This document shows positions 1-8,600 of a DNA stretch of 12,848 nt, piece by piece (within the stretch, counting starts at the first letter, position 1; each line of letters begins with the position of its first letter). A model generated the notes under the pieces. It was given only the letters and a program-made list of their open reading frames with translations, searched no databases and was not told the DNA's origin. Both the position numbers and the translations under genes were made by a program. This DNA comes from Chroococcales cyanobacterium. Its GTDB lineage: Bacteria; Cyanobacteriota; Cyanobacteriia; Cyanobacteriales; Coleofasciculaceae. The DNA lies in NCBI GenBank assembly GCA_036703075.1, contig DATNPT010000463.1, forward strand, positions 1-12,848, in the 5' to 3' direction.

Positions 1-41
1 CATTTTTGAGCGTAAACTTTCCCTGAATGTCTCGCTTCACA

Positions 42-110
42 ACTGGAGCCTTCCATGTGATACATGGTTTAACCTTAGCTCAGTTTTCCGTGTAATACAT
101 GGATAAGGCT
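42..110. repeat. Left IS end module with two near-palindromic 15-mers (53-67 CCATGTGATACATGG; 88-102 CCGTGTAATACATGG)
   Basis: It aligns in direct orientation with 1856-1917: ACTGGAGCCTTCCATGTGATACATGG...CCGTGTAATACATGGATAAGG versus ACTGGCTCCTTCCACGTAATACATGG...CCGTGTATTACTTGGATAAGG. Confidence 0.7.
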
Positions 111-164
111 ATGCTGACAATAGCTTCCATACCTCTTCCCAAGTTTTGTCCCTGGAGGGCAGCA

Positions 165-1814
165 ATGTCTCTACATCCGTGTTGCATCAAGCCAGTTCCC
201 CTCACAACCCGCCAAGTTGCTCAAGCCGCTTTTCCCAAAGGCAACTTATATCTAACGATGCGGGATGAAATTGGGACACTCTATAGTGACTGGGACTTTG
301 CCACTGTGTTCCCTACGGATGGTCAACCTGCTATCTGTCCTTGGCGATTGGCATTAGTTTGTGTGATGCAATTTATCGAAGGCTTATCAGACCGACAAGC
401 CGCCGAGGCGGTTCGCAGCCGTATCGACGGGAAATATGCTTTATCGTTAGAGTTAACTGACCCTGGTTTTGACTTCACTGTGCTGTGTGAATTTAGAACT
501 CGACTGATGAAAGGTGGGGTGGAACAACAACTTTTAGACCTTCTCCTAGAACAATTCAAAGAGCGTGGGTGGTTAAAGGAGAGGGGTAAGCAGCGAACTG
601 ATTCAACTCATGTAGAGGCAGCGATTCGTACCTTGAATCGACTCGAAGGCAATGGGGAAACGCCTCGGGCTGCGCTCAATGCCATTGCTACGGTTGCCCC
701 AGAATGGTTACGCTCCTGGGTTCCCCCGGAGTGGTTTGAGCGATATAGTCGGGCTGTCGATGAGTATCGCTTGCCCAAAGGAATTCCTGCCCGAACCAAG
801 TATGCTGAAACCATCGGGACGGATGGGATGCAGTTACTGAAAGCTCTGTGGGAGACTCCTAGTGTTACCTATCTGCGTCAGATTCCAGCGGTGGAAATCC
901 TGCGAGTGACCTGGATTCATCAATACTATGTTGAGAATGACCGGGTGCGCTTGCGGGCTGCGACTGATTTACCACCAACTGGGAGTCGGATGGATTCGCC
1001 TTATGACAGAGATGCTCGCTACGGCAACAAGCGTTCTGTCACCTGGACTGGATACAAAGTCCATATTACTGAAACTTGTGATCGAGATGAAGTTCATTTG
1101 ATTACTAATGTGGAGACCACTCAAGCACACATCAGCGATGTAGACCAGACCGAACCGATTCATGAGTCTTTGGCTTCCATTGCCTTGCTCCCGAACGAGC
1201 ATATTGTTGATGCGGGTTATGTTGATGCCACTTTACTTGTAACCAGCCGCAAGCAGTATGGGGTGGCAGTGGTCGGTCCAGTACGTCCCAATGTTAGTTG
1301 GCACTCTCAGATTCCAGGTGGCTACGATATTAGCCAGTTCAAGGTGAATTGGAATACCTTGCGCGTTACCTGTCCAATGGGTAAAAAGAGTCTGAAAAAG
1401 TGGACTCCTTATCAAGACAAGTGGGGTAATCAGGTCATTCGTGTGGGGTTTCCTCGACGGACGTGCCGACTTTGTCCCAGTCGTTCTCTATGTACTCGCT
1501 CAGATTCTGAACCGAGAAGACTGACTTTACGCCCCAAAAGAGAGCATGAACTGCTTCAATCTATTAGAGTTCAACAAGAAACGGACGAGTGGAAAAAAAT
1601 CTACAACACAAGGGCGGGAGTTGAGGGCACAATTTCCCAAGGCGTTAGGGGGTTTGGATTACGAAAGGCTCGCTATACGGGTTTAGCTAAAGTCCAATTA
1701 CAGCACCTGCTCACAGCAACAGCGATTAATGTGGTGCGGATGGTCGCTTGGTTGCAAGGTATGCCTCATGCCAAGACACGAACATCAAGATTTGCCGCAC
1801 TTGCTATCACTTGA
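165..1814 (+). CDS. IS1182-family DDE transposase, apparently intact (550 aa from ATG 165)
   Basis: The N-terminus MSLHP..PVP..AAFPKGN, LSDRQAAEAVRSRIDGKYALSLELTDPGFDFTVLCEFRTRL is typical of IS1182-type transposases (InsH-like N-terminal domain). Catalytic-region motifs are QRTDSTHVEA, IVDAGYVDA and YNTRAGVEGT (the Y-x2-R-x3-E signature of the IS4/IS5/IS1182 superfamily). A Cys cluster (TCPMGKK ... RRTCRLCPSRSLC) is also present. The ORF track opens at ATG 99, but that ATG lies inside the left end repeat and the homologue-like N-terminus begins at ATG 165. Confidence 0.9.
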   Translation: MSLHPCCIKPVPLTTRQVAQAAFPKGNLYLTMRDEIGTLYSDWDFATVFPTDGQPAICPWRLALVCVMQFIEGLSDRQAAEAVRSRIDGKYALSLELTDPGFDFTVLCEFRTRLMKGGVEQQLLDLLLEQFKERGWLKERGKQRTDSTHVEAAIRTLNRLEGNGETPRAALNAIATVAPEWLRSWVPPEWFERYSRAVDEYRLPKGIPARTKYAETIGTDGMQLLKALWETPSVTYLRQIPAVEILRVTWIHQYYVENDRVRLRAATDLPPTGSRMDSPYDRDARYGNKRSVTWTGYKVHITETCDRDEVHLITNVETTQAHISDVDQTEPIHESLASIALLPNEHIVDAGYVDATLLVTSRKQYGVAVVGPVRPNVSWHSQIPGGYDISQFKVNWNTLRVTCPMGKKSLKKWTPYQDKWGNQVIRVGFPRRTCRLCPSRSLCTRSDSEPRRLTLRPKREHELLQSIRVQQETDEWKKIYNTRAGVEGTISQGVRGFGLRKARYTGLAKVQLQHLLTATAINVVRMVAWLQGMPHAKTRTSRFAALAIT

Positions 1815-1855
1815 AGATTTCCTTGGTTGTTAACTCGAATAAACTCCAAATTTAT

Positions 1856-1917
1856 ACTGGCTCCTTCCACGTAATACATGGAAATTCGATTTTACCCGTG
1901 TATTACTTGGATAAGGA
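1856..1917. repeat. Right IS end module with two near-palindromic 15-mers (1867-1881 CCACGTAATACATGG; 1896-1910 CCGTGTATTACTTGG)
   Basis: It is a direct-orientation relative of 42-110 and begins 42 bp after the transposase stop codon. Confidence 0.7.
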
Positions 1918-2381
1918 TTTTTTGGAGCGTGAAGTGCTTGCTTGTTTCATTCCCCTGCGCTGCTCACCAGAGGCTGTCAATTGTGAAGTTCGCCAACAGT
2001 ATCAGCAACTGACCAAAAAAACAACGCTAATGGCAATACTTCTGCATTTTTGTCTATTTATGGGTAAGTTTAAGAGACTTCATCGGTTAGAGGGCTGATA
2101 AAACCGTACCCAGCTTAAAATACTCATTAATCATTTATGGGCAAGTGAGCTTTTGCAGAGTAAGAGTTTCAAGCTTAACGTTGTTTTTTGGACGCTTGCT
2201 ACACGAACGCCTATCGATTGCTACTCAAACCCCGAATTGTGCTCCTCGTTCTATCAAAAAACTCAACTGAGCGTTAGCCGTGCCACGATGGGCAGAACCG
2301 TTGAGAAACTGAAAACGTTCGTGTTGAGCCGTTGCCAAAATTCGTGAAACGAGGTTAGGATTATCCGTTGCGAGATCAGCA

Positions 2382-2858
2382 TCAACCCTCTGACGGTGGG
2401 GGCAGTATCTCTATTCCCTGCTTCTTAGAGACCGCGACAATGTGATCAATGTCTAATGTGCCTGTGGCATTGAGCTTGGACAAATCCTCGAAAAAGTTCT
2501 CGATGCCTGCGGGGACGAAGAGGAGGAGCATTCTCGCGGATGTAGTGCCGATGTTTTTGAAAGAATGCGGAATGCCTTTGGGAATGGTCATAAACCAACC
2601 TGCGGTTCCCCTCAAAGCACGATCGCCAACTTGAAAGGCAAAGGTTCCCTCCAACACGTAAAACGCTTCGGCTTCGCGCCGATGCAGATGCATGGGTGGT
2701 CCCACTTGCGGTTCAACAATGACTTCAATTAACGTGTAGGCACCGTCTGTATCAGCGCTAACCGCTTTCAAAATATGTGTCTCCCCCGGCTGTACCTGGA
2801 GTACTCTGCCTTCGCTGGGTGAAACGGCAAGGCTCTTCAAGAAGTTTTCCATGATCAT
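2382..2858 (-). CDS. Cupin domain protein (cupin_2 type, small single-domain)
   Basis: Both cupin motifs are present. Motif 1 is GPPMHLHRREAEAFYVLEG (G..HxH..E..G). Motif 2, GWFMTIPKGIPHSFKN, fits G-x5-P-x-G-x2-H-x3-N exactly. GGGAGG at 2859-2864 (minus strand) abuts the first ATG (2858) and sits 6 nt before the second in-frame ATG (2852), so the real start is probably 2852. The gene lies 14 nt downstream of the hydrolase stop and is likely co-transcribed with it. Confidence 0.9.
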   Translation of the reverse strand: MIMENFLKSLAVSPSEGRVLQVQPGETHILKAVSADTDGAYTLIEVIVEPQVGPPMHLHRREAEAFYVLEGTFAFQVGDRALRGTAGWFMTIPKGIPHSFKNIGTTSARMLLLFVPAGIENFFEDLSKLNATGTLDIDHIVAVSKKQGIEILPPPSEG

Positions 2859-2872
2859 CCTCCCTGGATGGA

Positions 2873-3715
2873 TTAGTTTTGTCGGGATAAGAACTGCAAA
2901 ACTTGTCGGTTAAACTTTTCCGGATTTTCGATGAACATGAAATGTCCACCACCTTCTGTCTCTTCAAAGATTTCCAATTCAGAGTTCGGAATGCTTTGAT
3001 GAATCCAGGCTTGCGATCGCCACGGAATAATACTTTTTCTGCCGCTCACAATCAGAGTTGGCTGACGAATCCTGACAATTTGATCGCGCCAGTCCATATG
3101 AGCATGGTTGTATAGCAGGGTTGCTGCGATCGCCCGTGGCAAGCGTTGATTGCACTCGACAATCCACTCAAATTGATCTTTCGACATCGTTGGTGTAACC
3201 ATTGACGCCAGAAGGTTGCGGGTAAATTCTGATGCTTCACAACTCTCTAGCGCCTGTACGGAGGCATTGAGCTGTTCAGCAGTAAATACTGCCCCGGACT
3301 CTGCTATTTCTTGAGCATTCCAATGTGATCTTGAAACGACCAACGGAGATTGATCAACGAACACTAATCGATCAATTTCATTGAATCCAAACAGATCGAG
3401 ATAGCTCCAGATTAGGGAACACCCCATTGAGTGACCGAATAGGTGTGTGTTTTTAAGTTGCAAAGCACTGATTAATTCATGAATATCTTGAGCCAAGCGA
3501 GCGATACGATAACCAAACGTCACTTTTTCTGACTCACCGTGTCCTCGTGGATCGATTGCGATCACAGAGTAACGTTCGGCAAAAACGGGAATTTGATATT
3601 TGAATTGTTCCGCTGACTGTGACCAACCGGGAATCATCACGATCGGTTGTCCTTTGCCTGCACTGATGTAGCTCAATCGAGTCCCATCAGACGTTTTGAA
3701 TGTTTTGCGTTGCAT
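2873..3715 (-). CDS. Alpha/beta-fold hydrolase
   Basis: Nucleophile elbow GHSMGC (GxSxG), an early IVMIPGWSQS and PRGHGESE segment, and a C-terminal GGGHFMFIENPEKFN (catalytic His region). A Shine-Dalgarno-like AAGAGGA sits 4 nt upstream of the ATG. Confidence 0.92.
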   Translation of the reverse strand: MQRKTFKTSDGTRLSYISAGKGQPIVMIPGWSQSAEQFKYQIPVFAERYSVIAIDPRGHGESEKVTFGYRIARLAQDIHELISALQLKNTHLFGHSMGCSLIWSYLDLFGFNEIDRLVFVDQSPLVVSRSHWNAQEIAESGAVFTAEQLNASVQALESCEASEFTRNLLASMVTPTMSKDQFEWIVECNQRLPRAIAATLLYNHAHMDWRDQIVRIRQPTLIVSGRKSIIPWRSQAWIHQSIPNSELEIFEETEGGGHFMFIENPEKFNRQVLQFLSRQN

Positions 3716-4005
3716 GTTATCCTCTTGTACACCGACAATTAGGTGCTTTGGCTCTCAATGTTTTAGTCGTGCCAATTGGATGACAAAGGGAAGATGGGAT
3801 ATGGGATGGCTTCATCACTTTTCCTGACCTGTGATGAGGGGACTCAGATAGAGCGATCGCCGGATTGCTGCTCCAACTTAGTATTCCAATCACTTCGATG
3901 TGCTAGTTCAAGATCGTCGAGAAACGAGACATTGTTCTCAACTGGATCGCGGCGAATACGCAAGTGATTAGGGGGAAAGTAATGTGGCGATCGCACACCG
4001 GAAAG

Positions 4006-4812
4006 CTAGCTCTGCTCGGAGGTCGCGAGGTGATAGCGGTCAGCGGCGTGTACCTGGTTGAAGTTTGGAATCATGCTCTGCCGAGCAGCATCAAAGGTAT
4101 TCCACTGCTCTACATCGGGCAGTGATGGAATGGTGATCGTTTCGCGGCGATCAAAGCCAACTAGGGCAGCATCCACCAGTTCATCCACTTCCATCAAAGG
4201 CGGTAGCGCATTCATATCCCATCCTGAACGCTCCCAAACTTCCGTCCGTGTCGCTGCTGGCAGCACAACCTGAACATAGACCCCTTGAGGTCCAAGCTCA
4301 AGGTGAAGACCCTGGGTGAAGAAGAGGACAAAGGCTTTGGTAGCGCCATAGACGGTCAAACCAAATTCCGGTACTAACCCGACTGCCGAACTGATGTTGA
4401 TAATCGCGCCATTGCCAGCCTTAACGAATCGTGGGGCAACGGCACTGGCAAGCCGCGTTAACACTGTGGTATTGAGGCTAATGATTTTAGCCATTTCATC
4501 TGGGCTTTGGTCAACGAAACTGCCGGCAATGCTAGCACCTGCGTTGTTGATCAGGATGCTGATGCGTGTATCGGTGCGTAGCCGTTCTTCCACTTGGGCA
4601 AGTTCATCTGCATGGGTGAGATCTGCCTGAAGAATGTCAACTGATACTCCGGTTTCCCGGTGCAGTTGTTCGGCTAGAGCCTCCATACGAGTGCGATCGC
4701 GCGCTACTAACACGAGATCGTAACCACGTTTTGCGAAGCGATCGGCATAGACGGCACCAATTCCGGTGGATGCTCCAGTTACAAGTGTGGTCTGATTGGT
4801 TAAGTTGCTCAC
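4006..4812 (-). CDS. Short-chain dehydrogenase/reductase (classical SDR oxidoreductase)
   Basis: TGASTGIGAVYA (TGxxxGxG cofactor site), NNAG, and the catalytic Ser region NISSAVG followed by YGATKAF (YxxxK). The start is GTG, with AAAGGAG 7 nt upstream. Confidence 0.93.
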   Translation of the reverse strand: MSNLTNQTTLVTGASTGIGAVYADRFAKRGYDLVLVARDRTRMEALAEQLHRETGVSVDILQADLTHADELAQVEERLRTDTRISILINNAGASIAGSFVDQSPDEMAKIISLNTTVLTRLASAVAPRFVKAGNGAIINISSAVGLVPEFGLTVYGATKAFVLFFTQGLHLELGPQGVYVQVVLPAATRTEVWERSGWDMNALPPLMEVDELVDAALVGFDRRETITIPSLPDVEQWNTFDAARQSMIPNFNQVHAADRYHLATSEQS

Positions 4813-4872
4813 GCTCTTGCTCCTTTATGTATGTGTACAAACGTTGTGCAGTGAATCAATGATTTAGAGAAA

Positions 4873-5340
4873 TCACCGTCCGGGTGCCCGTGTCTTCACT
4901 TCCTGGAGCACCCAACCATTACCATCTGAATCACTGAACGAGGCAAAGGAGGCATAGTCGCGACGTTTCGGATCGGGACCCAGTAACCGTCCCTCGGTTC
5001 CGGCGTGGTGGAAGATCCCGCCGATGTCGTGAAACACTTCACTCACCTCAACACCTCGATCGACCAGTTCTGCACGAGCTGCCTCAATGTCATAAACGAT
5101 GAGGTACAGACCCTGAACTGAACCCGGCGCGGCTAACGTCACTCCTTTACCAAAGATGATTGAAGCTTCCGATCCAGGAGGGGTAAACTGCACTACCCGG
5201 AAGTCTTCACTAGTAACGAAGTCGGCATCCAACCGCCATCCCAATGTTTTGTAGAAGTCCTTGGCTTGATCGACATCGGAGACGGGTATCACCAGAACTT
5301 CGAGTTTCATGTTTTGACTGTTTACGGGATTGCTGCTCAT
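4873..5340 (-). CDS. VOC / glyoxalase-bleomycin resistance family protein
   Basis: N-terminal LEVLVIPVSDVDQAKDFYKTLGWRLD and C-terminal DSDGNGWVLQE are typical of the vicinal oxygen chelate fold. AAAGGAG lies 6 nt upstream of the ATG. Confidence 0.9.
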   Translation of the reverse strand: MSSNPVNSQNMKLEVLVIPVSDVDQAKDFYKTLGWRLDADFVTSEDFRVVQFTPPGSEASIIFGKGVTLAAPGSVQGLYLIVYDIEAARAELVDRGVEVSEVFHDIGGIFHHAGTEGRLLGPDPKRRDYASFASFSDSDGNGWVLQEVKTRAPGR

Positions 5341-5636
5341 CCTGTTCTCCTTTTAGATTGGTGAGCTTGCTGCCCACTTGGTATAGACTTCATTCTTCAG
5401 CGATCGCCCCATACACACCACTCAAGTTCTTTGAGTGAAGACGCAACTTAATCGTTTGCTTGGGAGGGTAAGCAGCAAGAAGTGAGCCAGGAGCAGTCAA
5501 ACCTGATATGCTTCAGGGAAAGATGAAATCATTTGCCGATAGGGTAGCACTACAAAATCCGCTCAGCTTTGATTAAAGACATGCTCGGTTACTGTGAGGA
5601 AAGACTTGCTCCGGCCTTTACACCATCGGCTGATCT

Positions 5637-8600
5637 ATGGATTCCAACCCATCAAAATCTGGACGGAGGAGATCCGCTTCTGGGCGAGTTCGAGGAGTCA
5701 TCCTATCGCCTCAGGGATGGCAGAAATTTCAGACGGCAAAACAACGGGCGGAATCGGACGAAATCTGGGGGAAGCACTTCACCCAGGAAGATCTCAGCGA
5801 TCGCACTGGACTCTCTCTTAATACTCTTTCCCGCCTTTTTAAGCGCGAACAAGGGGTCGATCGACAGACAGTGGAGTACCTCTTCCGGGCGTTTGGGCTG
5901 GAATTAACGCAGGCAGACCTAACATCCTCTGAAGCGTCGGAGATCCACCGGATAAATCTCCAGCAAGACTGGGACATTGCGGTAGATGCCTCAGTGTTTT
6001 ATGGGCGTGAGGCAGAACTAGCGAACCTGTGGCAGTGGGTCGTGTCTGAGCACTGTCGCGTCGTTGGGGTGTTGGGCATTGGCGGCATTGGCAAAAGTAC
6101 GATCGCGGTCAAGGCTGCCCTTCAGATGCAAGCAGAATTTGAGATCGTCGTGTGGCGATCGCTTGCCAACGCACCACCGTTGGACGAACTCCTGTCAAGT
6201 CTGCTGAAATTTCTCATGCCGCTGTTTGGGGAAGATCCCATCATCCCCACTACGCTCGATCAGCAGCTTTCCAAACTGATGCAATATCTGAGATCGCGGC
6301 GGTGTTTATTGATTTTGGATAATGCTGAAATCATTTTGCAGCATGAACAGGCAGGACAATGGCGATCGGGCTACGAAGGGTACGGACAGTTGCTCAGAGC
6401 CATTGGTGAAACGTCCCATCTCAGTTGTTTGTTGCTGACTACTCGAGAAAAGCCACGGGAATTGGCGCTGATGGAAGGCGTACAGGTGCTAGTCAAATCG
6501 CTGCTCTTACCTGGATTGTCACCCGATGACGGACGTGCCATCTTTCGGCAAAAAGGCGCGTTTACAGGGTCGGAAGCTGAATGGCAAACCCTGATCCATC
6601 ACTACGGCGGTAATCCGCTGGCGTTGAAACTAGTGGCAGCCGCCACTCATGATTTGTTTGATGGCAGCATTCCAGAAGTGTTAGCCTATCTTGCTCAGGG
6701 CATTTATGTTTTTGAAGATATCCGCGATTTACTCAATCGCCAGTTTGAGCGATTGTCTGAAGCTGAACAAAAAATATTGTCCTGGTTTGCGATTCTTCGA
6801 GAACCAGTTACGTTTGCAGAGATTCGAGAACATGTGGTTGATCTTGCCACTCAGCAACAGGTGCCCAATTTGATCAACTCGCTGCTCCGGCGATCGCTAA
6901 TCGAAAAAACAGATGGGTTATTCTTCCTACAACCTGTTGTGATGGAATATGTCACAGAACGATTTGTGCAGCAGATTTGTATCGAATTTGAGACGCAGCA
7001 GCTTAACATTTTGCAAACGCATACTTTATTACAAGTACAGGCAAAAGATTACATTCGAGAGATTCAAACGCGCCTAATTATGCAACATGTGATGGAGCAG
7101 CTTCTATCTCGTTTTGGCAGTGTGGCAGCGATCGAGGCACAGGCAAGGCACTTATTGAGGCAGCAGGGGAAGAAACCAGGATATGTGACAGGCAACCTAA
7201 TTAACCTGCTAGTGCAACTTCAAGTCGATTTGCGTGGTTCAGACTTTTCTGAGTTGGTGGTGCAGCAAGCCGACTTGCGACAGGTTGATTTAGCGGGAGT
7301 CAATTTTCAGAATGTTACGTTCGCCAAATCCATCTTTTCAGAAACCATCGGTATGGCGATGTCGATCGATTTCAGTCCAGATGGTCAAACGATCGCTGTG
7401 GGCGATTCCAGTGGCAATATCTATCTCTGGAATATCACGACAACCCAACTCTTAGCCACTTTTGCAGGCCACGCGGGCTGGGTCTGGTCGGTTGCCTTTA
7501 GCCCTGATGGCAGAATGTTAGCTAGCGGTGCTACTGATAGTTCGATGCGCGTATGGAATGTCCAAACTGGTCGATGCTTGCAGGTGTTCACAGAGCATAC
7601 AGCCTGTGTTCGGTCAGTGCGTTTTAGTCCTGATGGTCAGTGGTTAGCGAGTGGCAGTGAAGACAGAACTGTGCGTGTATGGAATTTGCAAGGCGAATGT
7701 CTTCATTTGTTCAAGGGGCACACCCAAAGTGTTTATTCTGTTCACTTTGCTCCTGATCAGCAAACCTTAGTCAGCAGCAGTAATGATACTGACCTGCGGA
7801 TTTGGAATGTGCATGATGGAAACTGCTTGAGTGTCTTACAGGGGCATACCAGCGGGGTTCATTGTGTGCGATATAGCCCAGACGGTCAACTGCTTGCTAG
7901 CGGTTGCCATGATGGGTCAATTCGACTGTGGAGTGGTCATCGCTCCAACCAGCAACCGTCAAAGCCCAGTTTCACAAATTCCAGTACCAGGCTGCTGCAT
8001 AAACATATCGACTGGATTTGGGACATCGCCTTTAGCCCAGATGGTTGTTTTTTAGCCAGTGCTAGCCGCGATGGCACTCTGCGCGTCTGGAGTGTTCAAG
8101 ACGGGCAATCCATCCATAGGCTCGATGATCACACTCGTGATGTTTTTGCGCTTGCGATTAGTGCCGACAGCCAACTATTAGTGAGTGCAGGTCAAGACCA
8201 TACGGTGCGACTATGGAGTTTGCCGAGTGGACGAAGCCTCAAAACATTGCGTGGCTATACCAGTGGCATTCATTCCCTGAGCCTCAGTCCAGATAACCAA
8301 ATGCTTGCTAGTAGTAAGCAGGATGAAACCATCCAGCTGTGGCATTTACAGTTAGATGGCACTCTGTCATCGCTTCGCCCCTACAAAACCTTGTCCAACC
8401 TAACCCGTGGGATTTCATCATTAACCAATTTAAGCTTTAGTCCGGATGGTCAAACGCTGGCAATCAATCAACATGATGGCTCAATCGCCGTGTGGCAGAT
8501 ACAAACCGGGCAGTTTGAACGGTGGTCAGCGCATAACATGCCTGTATGGGCAGTACAATTTAGTCCTGGAGGGCAGATTCTGGCAAGCAGTAGTTATGAT

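Larger units (their letters stand above)
42..1917 (+). mobile_element. IS1182-family-like insertion sequence: one DDE transposase ORF bracketed by related ~65-bp end modules. Exact termini and target duplication are unresolved.
   Basis: A single long transposase ORF is flanked by two related modules (42-110 and 1856-1917). Each module holds two copies of a near-palindromic 15-mer, CC(A/G)(T/C)GT(G/A)(A/T)TAC(A/T)TGG. There are no HIP1 octamers inside the element, unlike the neighbouring DNA. The left end could extend toward the window edge. Confidence 0.6.

Noticed and set aside
99-164. Upstream extension of the transposase ORF (track start ATG 99, MDKAMLTIASIPLPKFCPWRAA)
   Set aside because: The ATG at 99 lies inside the left end repeat (ACATGGATAAGG). 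The family-typical N-terminus MSLHP... starts at ATG 165. The extension is probably untranslated IS end sequence.
323-1415. Short ORFs inside or antisense to the transposase gene (323-559, 608-814, 652-840, 969-1202, 1233-1415)
   Set aside because: They lie entirely within a well-supported long CDS. Their translations are low-complexity or Ser/Arg-rich with no motifs. They are typical shadow ORFs.
1748-2347. Plus-strand ORFs 1748-2098 (116 aa) and 2153-2347 (64 aa, TTG start)
   Set aside because: The first overlaps the transposase 3-prime end and runs through the IS end repeat. Both have implausible composition, no SD and no recognisable motifs.
2449-3240. Overlapping or antisense ORFs within the cupin and hydrolase genes (2449-2634, 2758-2967, 2903-3115, 2979-3167, 3052-3240)
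   Set aside because: They are shadow ORFs of strongly supported minus-strand genes and have no motifs.
3776-3967. 63-aa plus-strand ORF (TTG start) in the SDR-hydrolase gap
   Set aside because: Its composition is Ser/Arg/Cys-rich and it has no SD or motif. It is antisense to a slightly more protein-like frame.
3844-3996. 50-codon minus-strand frame with GTG start (VRSPHYFPPNHLRIRRDPVENNVSFLDDLELAHRSDWNTKLEQQSGDRSI)
   Set aside because: It looks mildly protein-like and has the same orientation as its neighbours. However, it has no SD, a non-ATG start chosen only because nothing else is available, and no recognisable family. The evidence is not enough to call a gene.
4058-5438. ORFs antisense to or overlapping the SDR and VOC genes (4058-4273, 4394-4630, 4637-4840, 5244-5438)
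   Set aside because: They are shadow ORFs of high-confidence genes.
5569-5977. ORFs 5569-5907, 5594-5821 (plus strand) and 5729-5977 (minus strand) around the 5-prime end of the STAND gene
   Set aside because: They are out of frame with, or antisense to, the long ORF whose HTH motif is encoded here. Their translations are Gly/Arg/Ser-rich and non-protein-like.
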